Shown: positions 43,556 to 53,391, counted from the stretch's first letter. The stretch is 64,000 nucleotides of DNA from Syntrophaceae bacterium (GCA_003141195.1 PLLC01000107.1:16174-80173), one strand, 5' to 3'. The notes: a model not told the origin generated them from the letters alone. Translations and numbers: made by a program.

Positions 43556-44272
43556 TTAGTCGTCGCCGAACTCTGCGGATTTTGGTGATCCTTCCAGGAG
43601 GAGATCCAGTGGGCTTTTCGGGGCTTTGGACATATCCCGCAGCACATGCGTGTAGATCATCGTCGTTTCAACATTCTTGTGGCCGAGCAACTCCTGCACT
43701 TCCCGGATATTGACGCCGTTCATGAGCAAATGCGTCGCGAAACTGTGGCGTAGCGTATGCACGGACGCGTGTTTGGGAATGCCGGCCTTCCTGATTGCCT
43801 TTTTTATTACCTCCTGTATAGCGGAGTCGCTGATGTGATGCCGGGCATATTCAAAAAATCGCTCAATCCACTGAAGATAGGTTCTTTCCGTGCTGTACGA
43901 ATAATGCTTCAGGCGAATCAGACGTTTCGTTTCTTGAATTATTTCGGACATGCTATCAGAAGCCACAGCTTTTACCGACCGGGCATCTGTCTTGTTAAGA
44001 TAGTGAAAATAATAGAGCCTGATGGAATCATTTGCCTGTCTGTGTTGCCAATCCAGAACATGATTTTCCGATTTCATGGAATCCAAAAAGCCTAAAACCG
44101 CAGCCTCCGGATATTCCAAAGCTGAAAATTCATTTCTTCTTGCATAATCGAGAAACCGGCTGACCCAATGGGCGTAGAAAAGCACATTCTTAGCCGGGGC
44201 CAGATTCTTTTCCAGAAGGTACTTTTGGAACGCTGGCAACTTATCATTGAGCGTCGTTTCCATTTTTCCCAT
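43556..44272 (-). pseudogene. integron-integrase-like tyrosine recombinase with an in-frame internal deletion of most of the catalytic domain
   Basis: 238 aa. The N-terminal SAM-like region ([28 protein letters not shown]) joins directly to the C-terminal end ([37 protein letters not shown]...[16 protein letters not shown]). The segment that should carry the first catalytic Arg and Lys is absent. Lower GC than the flanks. Confidence 0.6.
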
Positions 44273-44467
44273 ATTTTACCCACTTGGTTTTTGGTCTTTA
44301 TTATCACAAAATACCCAATGGTGGAAACTCATTTATGCTTGATTTCATGATCCAATATTTTCTTTTTATTTTTTTGGAAATGGAGTAGGATTACACGAAA
44401 GTCTGGGAAAAACCAGTTGGATATATTAATTGTTCGATAGACAAGACAACACACGGAATGACTGACC

Positions 44468-44962
44468 ATGGATGCATACAGCAAGATCGAGAAACTGATA
44501 GCGGACAAGTACGGGAAAGGCACAACGACGAGAAAGGCCGTCGGCGACTTCATGCTTGCCGAGAATCATGCCGTAAACGTCAAGAGCAACAACGTCACCA
44601 AACAGAATTACTCTCCCAACATGATCTCAATCCAGAAGATGCATAAGTGGGTCTTCGAGGAACGTAATGACCTCAGCTTCATCTTCGTTGATTACAAGGA
44701 ACAAGGCGATGACCTGAAAATACTGAGCGAGTCCGATCCGATTCCGATCGAGCACATCAGCTGGGACTGTTTGTCAATCGAAGCTCAGGGCTATGGGGTG
44801 ATTCAGAAGGTTGGCCCTTTGAAGACCATTCCATATCAGACGAAGCGGGACTTCTACAAAGGATTCCTTACGGCATACGCGAAATACAGGCAGAAAGAAC
44901 ACAAGAAGCATGAACGGTTTTCCAAACGATTCATCACGAATCTCAACAGCATCGATTGGTAA
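44468..44962 (+). CDS. hypothetical 164-aa protein directly upstream of the methyltransferase (candidate small type II restriction endonuclease or other partner)
   Basis: Intact ORF ending 21 nt before the MTase ATG at 44984 (15 nt before the alternative TTG at 44978). There is only a weak D...NVK/E..K pattern and no family I can name. Confidence 0.4.
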   Translation: MDAYSKIEKLIADKYGKGTTTRKAVGDFMLAENHAVNVKSNNVTKQNYSPNMISIQKMHKWVFEERNDLSFIFVDYKEQGDDLKILSESDPIPIEHISWDCLSIEAQGYGVIQKVGPLKTIPYQTKRDFYKGFLTAYAKYRQKEHKKHERFSKRFITNLNSIDW

Positions 44963-44983
44963 GCATGCAGGATTTGTTTGCCC

Positions 44984-46543
44984 ATGAGCCCTAAGAAGGA
45001 ATTCGGAGACTTCCAGACTCCTCTGTCGCTGGCGCGACGTGTCGTGGCGTTGGTTGAGCAAGACGAGAACCACATTGGCACAATCGTTGAACCAACGTGC
45101 GGAGTTGGCGCCTTTCTGCAGGCGGCTGCCGAACTTTGGGGCACGTCACCCAACTACTGGGGGTTTGACGTGAACGCCGACTACGTCAAGACGGCAAGTG
45201 CTGCCCTTGCGCGGATCGGATTGCCCTCAGTCACTGTTCAGCAACGTGACTTCTACACTACCAACTGGCGGAAATTCCTTTGTGAGCAATCTGAACCTCT
45301 GCTTGTCATTGGCAATCCGCCATGGATTACGAATGCTGGAATGGGGGTCATCGGCGGTGGGAACCTCCCCGAGAAGTCCAACTTTCAGGGGCATAGGGGC
45401 TTCGCCGCCAAAACGGGGAAAGCCAACTTCGACATTTCAGAATGGATGCTGATCAGGCTGCTGGAAGCGCTTCAGGGAACGCAGGCTGTGATCGCCATGC
45501 TTTGCAAGACGGCAACGGCGCGCAAAGTCCTTCGTCACGCATGGCTCAACGGGCTCGACACTGGGCCATCTTCACTTCACCTGATCGACGCATCTGCCGA
45601 ATTCGGTGTTTCTGTTGATGCGTGTCTGTTCTACACGCATACCGGAACTGGAGGAACCGAATCCACAGCGACGGTCTACCGCACGCTCTCCTTTGATGAA
45701 CCTTTGCAGACCTTCGGTCTATTCGCTGGCGAGCTAGTGTCCGACATAGATGCCTACCGTGCGTTGCGTGATCTGGATGGTCTGGAATATCGAAGGTGGC
45801 GATCCGGCGTGAAGCATGATGCGGCGGAGGTGATGGAGTTCACGCATGACAATGGCTCGTACATCAACGGACTCGGGGAGCGATGCGAACTGGAAGACGA
45901 TTACATCTTCCCCTTGCTCAAGTCCTCCGATTTGGCGAACGGCAGACTGCGGCCCACACGATTCGTGCTACTAACACAGCGTCGGGTTACTGACCCGACT
46001 GCCGAGATTGAGAAGACCGCTCCCAGGACATGGCAGTACCTCCTCGACCACGCTAAGCAGTTGGACAAGAGAGGCAGTTCGATCTACGAAAAGCGCGCTC
46101 GATTCTCCGTCTTCGGCGTGGGTAACTACTCGTTCTCACCTGCGAAGGTTGCTATCTCGGGGCTATACAAGAATCTTCAGTTCCAAGCGGTAGGGAGCGC
46201 TGGCGGCAAATCAATCATGGTCGACGACACATGCTACTTCATTCCTTGCGACTCCAAGTCAGAAGCCGAATTCTTTGCGACGCTTCTTAACACGGAAACG
46301 GCCCAACGATTCATATCAGCTCTTGTCTTCAAAGACGCAAAGAGGCCCGTCACTATCGATGTCCTCAAGCGAATTGACCTCAAGAAGCTCGCGGAGCACG
46401 CGGGTCAGGAATCGTCTGCCGTCGAATACCTTTCCTCACCATCGCTTGAGTCTAGTCATCAACGCCTCTTGGTCTTTGAGAAGAAAGAAGAATATCGAAC
46501 CAAGAAATCCACCGTACCCCGTCAGGCGCACGGACGCGCCTGA
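44984..46543 (+). CDS. gamma-class N6-adenine DNA methyltransferase (Eco57I/TaqI-like fold) with a large C-terminal target-recognition region
   Basis: FQTP, motif I VEPTCGVGAF, motif IV VIGNPPW, in gamma order. The start is ATG 44984 (or TTG 44978). Confidence 0.85.
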   Translation: MSPKKEFGDFQTPLSLARRVVALVEQDENHIGTIVEPTCGVGAFLQAAAELWGTSPNYWGFDVNADYVKTASAALARIGLPSVTVQQRDFYTTNWRKFLCEQSEPLLVIGNPPWITNAGMGVIGGGNLPEKSNFQGHRGFAAKTGKANFDISEWMLIRLLEALQGTQAVIAMLCKTATARKVLRHAWLNGLDTGPSSLHLIDASAEFGVSVDACLFYTHTGTGGTESTATVYRTLSFDEPLQTFGLFAGELVSDIDAYRALRDLDGLEYRRWRSGVKHDAAEVMEFTHDNGSYINGLGERCELEDDYIFPLLKSSDLANGRLRPTRFVLLTQRRVTDPTAEIEKTAPRTWQYLLDHAKQLDKRGSSIYEKRARFSVFGVGNYSFSPAKVAISGLYKNLQFQAVGSAGGKSIMVDDTCYFIPCDSKSEAEFFATLLNTETAQRFISALVFKDAKRPVTIDVLKRIDLKKLAEHAGQESSAVEYLSSPSLESSHQRLLVFEKKEEYRTKKSTVPRQAHGRA

Positions 46544-46555
46544 CGGGTCCGGTGA

Positions 46556-47068
46556 TTTCAGTCGTTATGTGTCAACTACATCTTTGGCGGGTTCATCGTC
46601 TTTTTTGCCGTCCTGATGCCGATCCTGAGCGCCCTCCGCTCCCTGGTCCGGTCGCGGGGACAGGCGACCCGGATCACGGCCACGCCGGTCTTCCTCCGCA
46701 TCGAGGAAAAGACGGGCGGCAAGGCGTCGGTCGTGGAAATCCCCGCGGATGAGTTAGATGATTTGGAGTTTTCCGACCGGCGCCCGGTGCTTTCGGAGAT
46801 CGACATTCCGGGAATGAAAAAGCTCCAGGATTTCGGCGACACCGGCACGCCCCGCCTGCCCAACGGCCGGCCCGTACCGAAAATCCTCCTATCTCTCATG
46901 CGGATGGTCCCGTCGCAGGGGATCACCGCCCGGCGGGGATTAGGCCTCGAGCAGCTTGGTTTCCGTCCCCAGATATGGGATGGCGAGGGCCAGTTTCCGG
47001 AGGGCCTGTTTTTCGATCTGCCTGGCCCGTTCCCGGGTAATGTGATAGCGGTCGCCGATCGCCTGTAG
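46556..47068 (+). pseudogene. 5'-truncated high-GC ORF remnant (TM helix FGGFIVFFAVLMPILSAL + unknown domain) abutting the insertion
   Basis: The open frame begins right after the stop at 46553. There is no start codon before ATG 46616, which falls inside the TM helix. The 3' part overlaps rpoH antisense, so the end is unreliable. Confidence 0.25.
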
Positions 47069-47800
47069 GGTTAGGGGGATATCCGCCATCACGCGGTTCT
47101 GGATGATGAAAGTCTCCTTTTCATTGAGTCCGGTAAGCGCCCCCGCGATGTTGTGCTGGACGAGCTCCATCTCCTCCTTCCGGATCAGCGCCGCTTCCTG
47201 GTTCTCCCCGTCATAGGTCAGATAGTCCATGTGCGTGGACTCCCCGTCCTCGCCCACGCTGGCATCGAGGGAGAGGTCGCGGCTGCTCATCCTCATCTCC
47301 ATCTCCGCGATCTCCTCCGGCCGGACCCCAAGGATCTCGGCGATCTCCGCAAATTCCGGCCGCTTCTCGGAGAGGCCCTCTAACTTTTTTCTGGCCTGGC
47401 TGAGCTTGAAGAAGAGCTTGCGCTGGGCCTGGGTCGTGCCGATCTTGACCAGACTCCAGGATTTGATGATGTAATTCTGGATATAGGCCCTGATCCACCA
47501 GACGGCATAGGAGATGAGCCGATATCCCTTGTAGGGATCAAATTTCTTTACAGCATGCATGAGGCCGATGTTGCCCTCCTGGACCAGATCGGCGAGCTTG
47601 AGTCCGTAATTCCTGTATTCGTGAGCGATCTTCACCACGAAACGCAGATTCGAGACGACGAGTTTCTCCGCGGCCTCCATATCGTTGTACTTCTTCAGCC
47701 TCACGGCAAGACGAAACTCTTCATCCGCCGTCAGGATCGAAAAGCGGTTGATCTCCGCCATATAGAGATCGAGTGTCCCTGTAACCGCCGGAACTTCCAA
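46940..47800 (-). CDS. rpoH: RNA polymerase sigma-32 (heat-shock) factor RpoH
   Basis: RpoH box QAQRKLFFKLSQARK plus regions 2-4. Start proposed at TTG 47800 (GGGAGGA 7 nt upstream). The track start 47824 lies ~4 nt from the predicted TSS. Confidence 0.9.
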   Translation of the reverse strand: MEVPAVTGTLDLYMAEINRFSILTADEEFRLAVRLKKYNDMEAAEKLVVSNLRFVVKIAHEYRNYGLKLADLVQEGNIGLMHAVKKFDPYKGYRLISYAVWWIRAYIQNYIIKSWSLVKIGTTQAQRKLFFKLSQARKKLEGLSEKRPEFAEIAEILGVRPEEIAEMEMRMSSRDLSLDASVGEDGESTHMDYLTYDGENQEAALIRKEEMELVQHNIAGALTGLNEKETFIIQNRVMADIPLTLQAIGDRYHITRERARQIEKQALRKLALAIPYLGTETKLLEA

Positions 47801-47834
47801 ATTCTTTCCTCCCGGTATGTCCAAACTTTTTTAT

Positions 47835-47863
47835 TTTATACAGGGATGTTTCCGGGCAGTCAA
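47835..47863 (-). promoter_or_regulatory. candidate sigma-70 promoter of rpoH
   Basis: Minus strand: TTGACT (47863-47858), 17 nt spacer, TATAAA (47840-47835). Confidence 0.55.
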
Positions 47864-47911
47864 CCCCTTTCGCTCCGCCCCTTTTCCCGGCGGGGCGACG
47901 CCGTACCGTTC

Positions 47912-47938
47912 TTGACATCCCATCCCGCGGTGTATAAT
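47912..47938 (+). promoter_or_regulatory. candidate promoter of clpB
   Basis: CTTGACA (47911-47917), 15 nt spacer, TATAAT (47933-47938). The short spacer and CTTGA..CCCAT content also loosely resemble a sigma-32 -35 region. Confidence 0.4.
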
Positions 47939-47982
47939 TTACAGCCGGAATGACGGCTGCCTAAAACAGGAGGAAACTCGCG

Positions 47983-50568
47983 ATGAGATTCGATAAATTC
48001 ACATTGAAGGTCCAGGAGGCGCTTCAGGAGGCGCAGGGTCTGGCCGGCCAGTACGGCCACCAGGCGCTCGATGTGGAGCATCTCCTCGTCTCTTTTCTGA
48101 AACAGCAGGATGGCATTGTCTCCGATATCCTCCGAAAACTCGGGGCCGATCCCCGGCGGATCGAAGGCGAGGTCCGTAAAGCTCTGGAGAAACTGCCGAA
48201 GATCGAGGGCGCAACCGGCGGCCAGACCTACATGACCCCGAGACTGAACCGTGTCCTTGACGCCGCCTTGAGCGAAGCGGCTCGTCTCACGGATGAGTAT
48301 GTCAGCGCGGAACATGTCCTTGTCGCGATGGCCGATGAAAAGGCAGGACCGCTCGCGAAGATCCTCGCTGCGAATGACATCACGAAGGATGCGATCTTCA
48401 AAGTACTCGTGGAGATCCGCGGAAATCAGCGCATCACCGATCCCAATCCGGAGGAGAAGTACCAGGCGCTCAAGCGTTACGCACGCGATTTTAACGAGCT
48501 GGCCCGGAGCGGTTCCTTCGACCCCGTGATCGGCCGGGACGAAGAGATCCGGAGGATCATGCAGGTCCTCTCCCGCCGGACGAAGAACAACCCCGTCCTG
48601 ATCGGGGAACCGGGCGTGGGCAAGACGGCAATCGTCGAGGGACTGGCACAGCGGATCGTGAATGGGGACGTGCCGGAGAACCTCCGTAACAAAAGGGTCA
48701 TCGGCCTCGATATCGGCGCCCTTGTCGCCGGGGCGAAGTACCGCGGCGAGTTCGAGGAGCGGCTGAAGGCTGTCCTGAAGGAGGTCACCGCCGCCCAGGG
48801 GGAGATCATCCTCTTCATTGATGAGATCCATACGGTGGTGGGCGCCGGGGCGGCGGAGGGATCCGTCGACGCCTCGAACATGCTCAAGCCGGCCCTGGCG
48901 AGGGGCGAACTGCGCTGCGTCGGCGCGACCACTCTGAACGAATACCGGAAGCACATCGAAAAAGACCCGGCGCTCGAGAGGCGGTTCCAGCCGATCCTGG
49001 TCAAGGAGCCGTCGGTGGAGGATACGATTGCCATCCTCCGGGGACTGAAGGAACGCTACGAGGTTCATCACGGCGTCCGGATCAAGGACGCGGCCATCAT
49101 CGCCGCCGCGACCCTTTCCAGCCGTTACATCAACGACCGGTTTCTCCCGGACAAGGCCGTCGACCTGATCGACGAGGCGGCCTCGCACCTCCGGATCGAA
49201 CTGGACAGCATGCCCGCAGAGATCGACGCCCTGGAACGGCGCGTCATCCAACTCGAGATTGAACGACAGTCTCTCAAGAACGAAACGGACCGGACCCCCG
49301 TGGAACGGCGGGAGAAGATCGAAAAGGAACTGGTGGAACTCCGGGAGACGATGGACGGGATGAGACTCCATTGGACCCGTGAAAAAGAGGCCATCAAGGG
49401 AATCCAGGCGATCAAGGGAAAGATCGAGGCCTTCCGAATCGAGGAGCAGGGCGCCCAGCGCAGCGGCGACCTCGCCCGCGCGGCCGAGATCCGTTACGGG
49501 AAGCTCGTCGAATTGAACCGGGAGTTAGAGGTGGAAAACGGGAAACTGGCGGAGGCGCAGAAGGACAAGCAGATGCTGAAGGAGGAGGTCGATGCGGAAG
49601 ACGTGGCCGAGGTCGTGGCCAACTGGACGGGTATCCCCGTCTCCCGCATGATGGAGAGCGACGTCCAGAAGCTCATCCGGATGGAGGAACGCCTCCGGCA
49701 GCGGGTCATCGGGCAGGAAGAAGGGATCGCGGCGGTCTCCAGCGCCCTGCGCAGGGCCCGTTCCGGCCTCCAGGACCCGAACAGGCCGATCGGATCCTTC
49801 ATCTTTCTGGGACCCACCGGCGTCGGAAAAACAGAACTCGCCAAGGCGCTCGCCGAATTCATGTTCGACAACGAACAGGCGCTAATCCGAATCGACATGT
49901 CAGAATTCATGGAGAAGCATTCCGTGGCCCGCCTGATCGGCGCCCCGCCGGGGTATGTGGGGTATGACGAAGGCGGCCACCTGACCGAGGCCGTACGGCG
50001 TCGGCCCTATTCGGTACTCCTGTTCGACGAGATCGAAAAGGCGCACCCGGACGTCTTCAACATCCTTCTGCAGATCCTCGACGACGGGCGGTTGACGGAC
50101 GGTCACGGGCGTACGGTGGATTTCAAAAACACGATCGCGATCATGACCTCCAACGTCGGCGGTCAGTGGATCCAGGATTCAACCCTTGTAGAGGAGGAAA
50201 AAAAGGAACGAACCATGGAGGCGCTCCGGGAGACCTTCAAACCGGAATTCCTGAACCGAATCGACGATATCATCATTTTCCGCTCGCTTACGATGGCGGA
50301 TATCGAGCGGATCATCGATATCCAGTTCGGTCTCATCCGGAAACGGCTGCAGGAAAGGAAACTGTCCCTGGAATTGACAGAAGGCGCCAAACATTATATA
50401 GCTGAAGAAGGTTACAGCCCGGTGTACGGGGCCCGACCGCTCAAACGGACGATTCAGAAGCGGATCCTGGACCCTCTGGCCCTGAAGCTCCTTGAAGGGA
50501 CTTTCGTCGAAGGCGACCGGATCGTGATCGACGAGGAGGACGGCCTGGTGGTCTTTCGCAAAGAATGA
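47983..50568 (+). CDS. clpB: ATP-dependent chaperone ClpB
   Basis: 861 aa. Two AAA+ modules ([18 protein letters not shown]) and a long middle coiled coil. Confidence 0.96.
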   Translation: MRFDKFTLKVQEALQEAQGLAGQYGHQALDVEHLLVSFLKQQDGIVSDILRKLGADPRRIEGEVRKALEKLPKIEGATGGQTYMTPRLNRVLDAALSEAARLTDEYVSAEHVLVAMADEKAGPLAKILAANDITKDAIFKVLVEIRGNQRITDPNPEEKYQALKRYARDFNELARSGSFDPVIGRDEEIRRIMQVLSRRTKNNPVLIGEPGVGKTAIVEGLAQRIVNGDVPENLRNKRVIGLDIGALVAGAKYRGEFEERLKAVLKEVTAAQGEIILFIDEIHTVVGAGAAEGSVDASNMLKPALARGELRCVGATTLNEYRKHIEKDPALERRFQPILVKEPSVEDTIAILRGLKERYEVHHGVRIKDAAIIAAATLSSRYINDRFLPDKAVDLIDEAASHLRIELDSMPAEIDALERRVIQLEIERQSLKNETDRTPVERREKIEKELVELRETMDGMRLHWTREKEAIKGIQAIKGKIEAFRIEEQGAQRSGDLARAAEIRYGKLVELNRELEVENGKLAEAQKDKQMLKEEVDAEDVAEVVANWTGIPVSRMMESDVQKLIRMEERLRQRVIGQEEGIAAVSSALRRARSGLQDPNRPIGSFIFLGPTGVGKTELAKALAEFMFDNEQALIRIDMSEFMEKHSVARLIGAPPGYVGYDEGGHLTEAVRRRPYSVLLFDEIEKAHPDVFNILLQILDDGRLTDGHGRTVDFKNTIAIMTSNVGGQWIQDSTLVEEEKKERTMEALRETFKPEFLNRIDDIIIFRSLTMADIERIIDIQFGLIRKRLQERKLSLELTEGAKHYIAEEGYSPVYGARPLKRTIQKRILDPLALKLLEGTFVEGDRIVIDEEDGLVVFRKE

Positions 50569-50585
50569 ACAATGAAAGCCGGCCT

Positions 50586-50780
50586 CGTAAAAAAGTAATT
50601 TTCTCCCTCCCCTTTGCCCTAAAGGGCATACCCTGCAGGGCACAAGCAAGCAAGGGAAGGGCCGGTGTGGGGATAGGTGAAAAAATCTGTAATAATTACA
50701 TAAACCCCACACCCTACCCTATGAGGACACGAGACCCTAACCCTCCCCCCGAGGGGGAGGGAAATTTTGGACTTTTTACG
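50586..50780. repeat. ~195-bp MITE-like element with ~27-bp imperfect terminal inverted repeats and nested palindromes
   Basis: Left end CGTAAAAAAGTAATTTTCTCCCTCCCC (50586-50612) against right end GGGGAGGGAAATTTTGGACTTTTTACG (50754-50780). Internal GGTGTGGGG/CCCCACACC and CCCTCCCCCCGAGGGGGAGGG hairpins. Confidence 0.6.
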
Positions 50781-50827
50781 ACTTCATCAATCATCGATCC
50801 CAACCTAATCGTTTAAGGAGGAAACGG

Positions 50828-51676
50828 ATGAACACGATCAAGACCGGACTTTTACTGGGCGCCCTGACGGGCCTTCTCATGCTGATCGGCGGCTGGTTCG
50901 GCGGTCAGCATGGCGTAGTCATCGCCTTTTTCTTTGCCGTCGTCATGAATTTCGGAAGCTACTGGTTTTCCGACAAGATCGTCCTCCGCATGGTTCACGC
51001 CCAGGCGGTTTCGGAGGGCGAGGCGCCGGAGCTCTACGCCATGGTCAAGAATCTCGCGCTCAGGGCCTCGATGCCGATGCCGCGGGTCTATATCATCCCT
51101 GAAGACAGCCCGAACGCCTTCGCCACGGGACGGGACGAACATCACGCCGTGGTCGCCGTTACGGAGGGCATCCTCCGGATCCTCGGCCGGGATGAACTGG
51201 AGGGGGTCATCGCCCACGAACTGACCCACATCCGGAACCGCGACATTCTGATCGGCTCCATCGCCGCGACGCTGGCCGGGGCGATCGTCATGCTGGCCCA
51301 CATGGCGCAGTGGGCGGCGATGTTCGGCGGCGCCGGCAGCAATGACGACGAGGGGGGAAACAACATCGTCGGCCTGATCCTCATGGCCGTCCTCGCCCCG
51401 ATCGCCGCCACGCTGATCCAGATGGCCATTTCCCGCTCACGGGAATACCTTGCGGATGCGGGCGGGGCGAAAATTTCGGGGAAACCTTACGGTCTGGCGG
51501 GCGCCCTCGAAAAGCTCTCCCGGGCCTCCCAGGCAATTCCCATGAACGCAAATCCCTCGACGGCCCACATGTTCATCGTGAACCCTCTTACCGGACGCTC
51601 GCTGATGAATCTGTTCAGCACTCATCCGCCGATCGAGGAGAGGATCGCGCGCCTGCGAAGCATGAGACCGGTGTAA
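50828..51676 (+). CDS. htpX: zinc metalloprotease HtpX
   Basis: 282 aa. [10 protein letters not shown], four TM segments, C-terminal [10 protein letters not shown]. Confidence 0.93.
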   Translation: MNTIKTGLLLGALTGLLMLIGGWFGGQHGVVIAFFFAVVMNFGSYWFSDKIVLRMVHAQAVSEGEAPELYAMVKNLALRASMPMPRVYIIPEDSPNAFATGRDEHHAVVAVTEGILRILGRDELEGVIAHELTHIRNRDILIGSIAATLAGAIVMLAHMAQWAAMFGGAGSNDDEGGNNIVGLILMAVLAPIAATLIQMAISRSREYLADAGGAKISGKPYGLAGALEKLSRASQAIPMNANPSTAHMFIVNPLTGRSLMNLFSTHPPIEERIARLRSMRPV

Positions 51677-51950
51677 ACGATCAGGACATACCCTCGTGGA
51701 TGTTCCCCTTTTTGTCAAGGAGGACGTCCTTTATCGGTGCGCTCCCGGGGAGGACGTTCTCGTAATAAGTCTCAATAACCGTTGTTATGAAACGGCTTCG
51801 AAAAAAGCTCCAGAGGCAAGGCGCGCGACTCCCAAAGGAGTGAGACGTGCTTTGGAGTACGCCGCAACGACGAAAAAGCAAGCGCAACGAAGCAGGAGCC
51901 TGACCCTGCGAAAGCAGGGGGACTTTTTACGCAGCCGACAAGGAGGTTTC

Positions 51951-52391
51951 ATGGAAGAAGAAAAGAAGGATACGAATAAGGGTTTTGTGATCAAGGACCG
52001 GCGTCACTTCGACGAATCCGGCGCCGCCCGCAGGGAGGAAGAGGTAACGGCGGAAGAGAAGAAACCGGAGGAAATTCCCGACGAGGGGCTCAAGACCTCT
52101 CCCGCGGAAAATGATTCTCCCGAAACAGAGGACGCCCCCCTTCCCGAAATCAATTTCGCGGGTTTCATCTTCTCGCTCAGCACAACGGCCATGTACCACT
52201 TCGGGGATTTCCCCGATCCAGTCACGAAGGAGGCAAGCCGCAACCTCGCCGCCGCCAAGCAGACGATCGACATCCTGAGCATCCTGAAGACGAAAACGGA
52301 GGGCAACCTCGATGAGAACGAAAAGCAACTGTTAGACGGCGTCCTCTATGAATTGAGAATGCGTTTTGTCAAGGAAATGACCCATCCATGA
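51951..52391 (+). CDS. DUF1844 domain protein
   Basis: Start moved to ATG 51951 after AAGGAGG (MEEEKKDTNKGFVIKDRR). Acidic linker, then INFAGFIFSLSTTAMYHFG...LLDGVLYELRMRF. Confidence 0.7.
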   Translation: MEEEKKDTNKGFVIKDRRHFDESGAARREEEVTAEEKKPEEIPDEGLKTSPAENDSPETEDAPLPEINFAGFIFSLSTTAMYHFGDFPDPVTKEASRNLAAAKQTIDILSILKTKTEGNLDENEKQLLDGVLYELRMRFVKEMTHP

Positions 52392-53224
52392 TCACGAAGG
52401 CGTCGCCGGCCAAGGTCAACCTCTATCTGCGGGTCCTCCGGAAGCGGGAAGACGGCTACCATGACATCCTCTCCCTCATGCAGAGGATCAGCCTCTGCGA
52501 CGAGATGATCTTCGCGCCGACCGGCGGCGGAATTGCGGTCCGTTGCCCCGGCACGACCCTGCCGGAAGATGAGGGAAACATTGTTTACCGGGCGGCGGCG
52601 GCCTTCTTTTCCCGGATCGGGACATCGCCGGGAATCGAAATCACTCTCTGGAAGCGGATCCCGATCGCCGCGGGGCTGGGTGGCGGCAGTTCCAACGCCG
52701 CGACGACCCTCATGACCCTGAACGAAATGTATGGATCGCCCATGACCCGGGAGGAACTGATGAAAATCGGGACGGGGCTCGGGGCGGATGTCCCCTTTTT
52801 CATATTCGGGAAGACGGCCTGGGCCTCCGGGATCGGGGATCGCTTCCCGGAAACCCCCATCCTTCCACCCTTCTGGTTCGTCCTGATCCATCCGGGCTTT
52901 GAAATCTCCACAAAATTGGTTTATCAGGGGCTCAATTTGGGATTGACAAAGCAGGGAATAAATTATAGCATCCCACGATTTTCCACAAAGGAAGATGTGA
53001 TCGGCGGCCTTACGAACGATCTGGAGAAGGTAACGGTGAAGCTTCACCCCATTCTGGATGAGATCAAAGCCCTTCTTCTCGCGAGCGGCGCCCGCGGCGC
53101 CCTGATGTCGGGCAGCGGACCGACCGTTTTCGGCATCTTCACGGATAGAGAGTCCGCTGGCATAGCGGAGAAAAATCTTGGGCAAGGAACCCGGTGGCGG
53201 GTATTCGGGGCGCAATCTCTGTAG
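52388..53224 (+). CDS. ispE: 4-diphosphocytidyl-2-C-methyl-D-erythritol kinase
   Basis: AKVNLYLRVL..REDGYH, PIAAGLGGGSSNAA, GSGPTVFG. Confidence 0.92.
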   Translation: MITKASPAKVNLYLRVLRKREDGYHDILSLMQRISLCDEMIFAPTGGGIAVRCPGTTLPEDEGNIVYRAAAAFFSRIGTSPGIEITLWKRIPIAAGLGGGSSNAATTLMTLNEMYGSPMTREELMKIGTGLGADVPFFIFGKTAWASGIGDRFPETPILPPFWFVLIHPGFEISTKLVYQGLNLGLTKQGINYSIPRFSTKEDVIGGLTNDLEKVTVKLHPILDEIKALLLASGARGALMSGSGPTVFGIFTDRESAGIAEKNLGQGTRWRVFGAQSL

Positions 53225-53293
53225 GGAAAACCTGCCCTGGTCTGCGCCTCCAGGCGCGGGTGCCAGGATTCGGTCTGCCGTCCGGATCGAAAC

Positions 53294-53368
53294 TGGGGCG
53301 TCGTCAAGCGGTAAGACACAGGAATTTGGATCCTGCATTCGGAGGTTCGAATCCTCCCGCCCCAGCCA
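53294..53368 (+). tRNA. tRNA-Gln (anticodon UUG)
   Basis: Hand-folded: acceptor TGGGGCG/CGCCCCA, anticodon stem CAGGA/TCCTG with loop ATTTGGA, T arm GGAGG-TTCGAAT-CCTCC, encoded CCA. Collinear with E. coli tRNA-Gln. Confidence 0.93.
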
Positions 53369-53391
53369 ATTGATGAGTTGAGGGATGTAAA

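Noticed and set aside
46544-46600. Possible integron attC site after the methyltransferase gene
   Set aside because: GTTATGT and GTCAAC strings are present but do not fit the RYYYAAC...GTTRRRY inverted-core geometry. I cannot call an integron cassette boundary by eye.
47860-49371. 503-aa minus-strand ORF antisense to clpB
   Set aside because: It overlaps the unmistakable AAA+ chaperone and has no motifs of its own.
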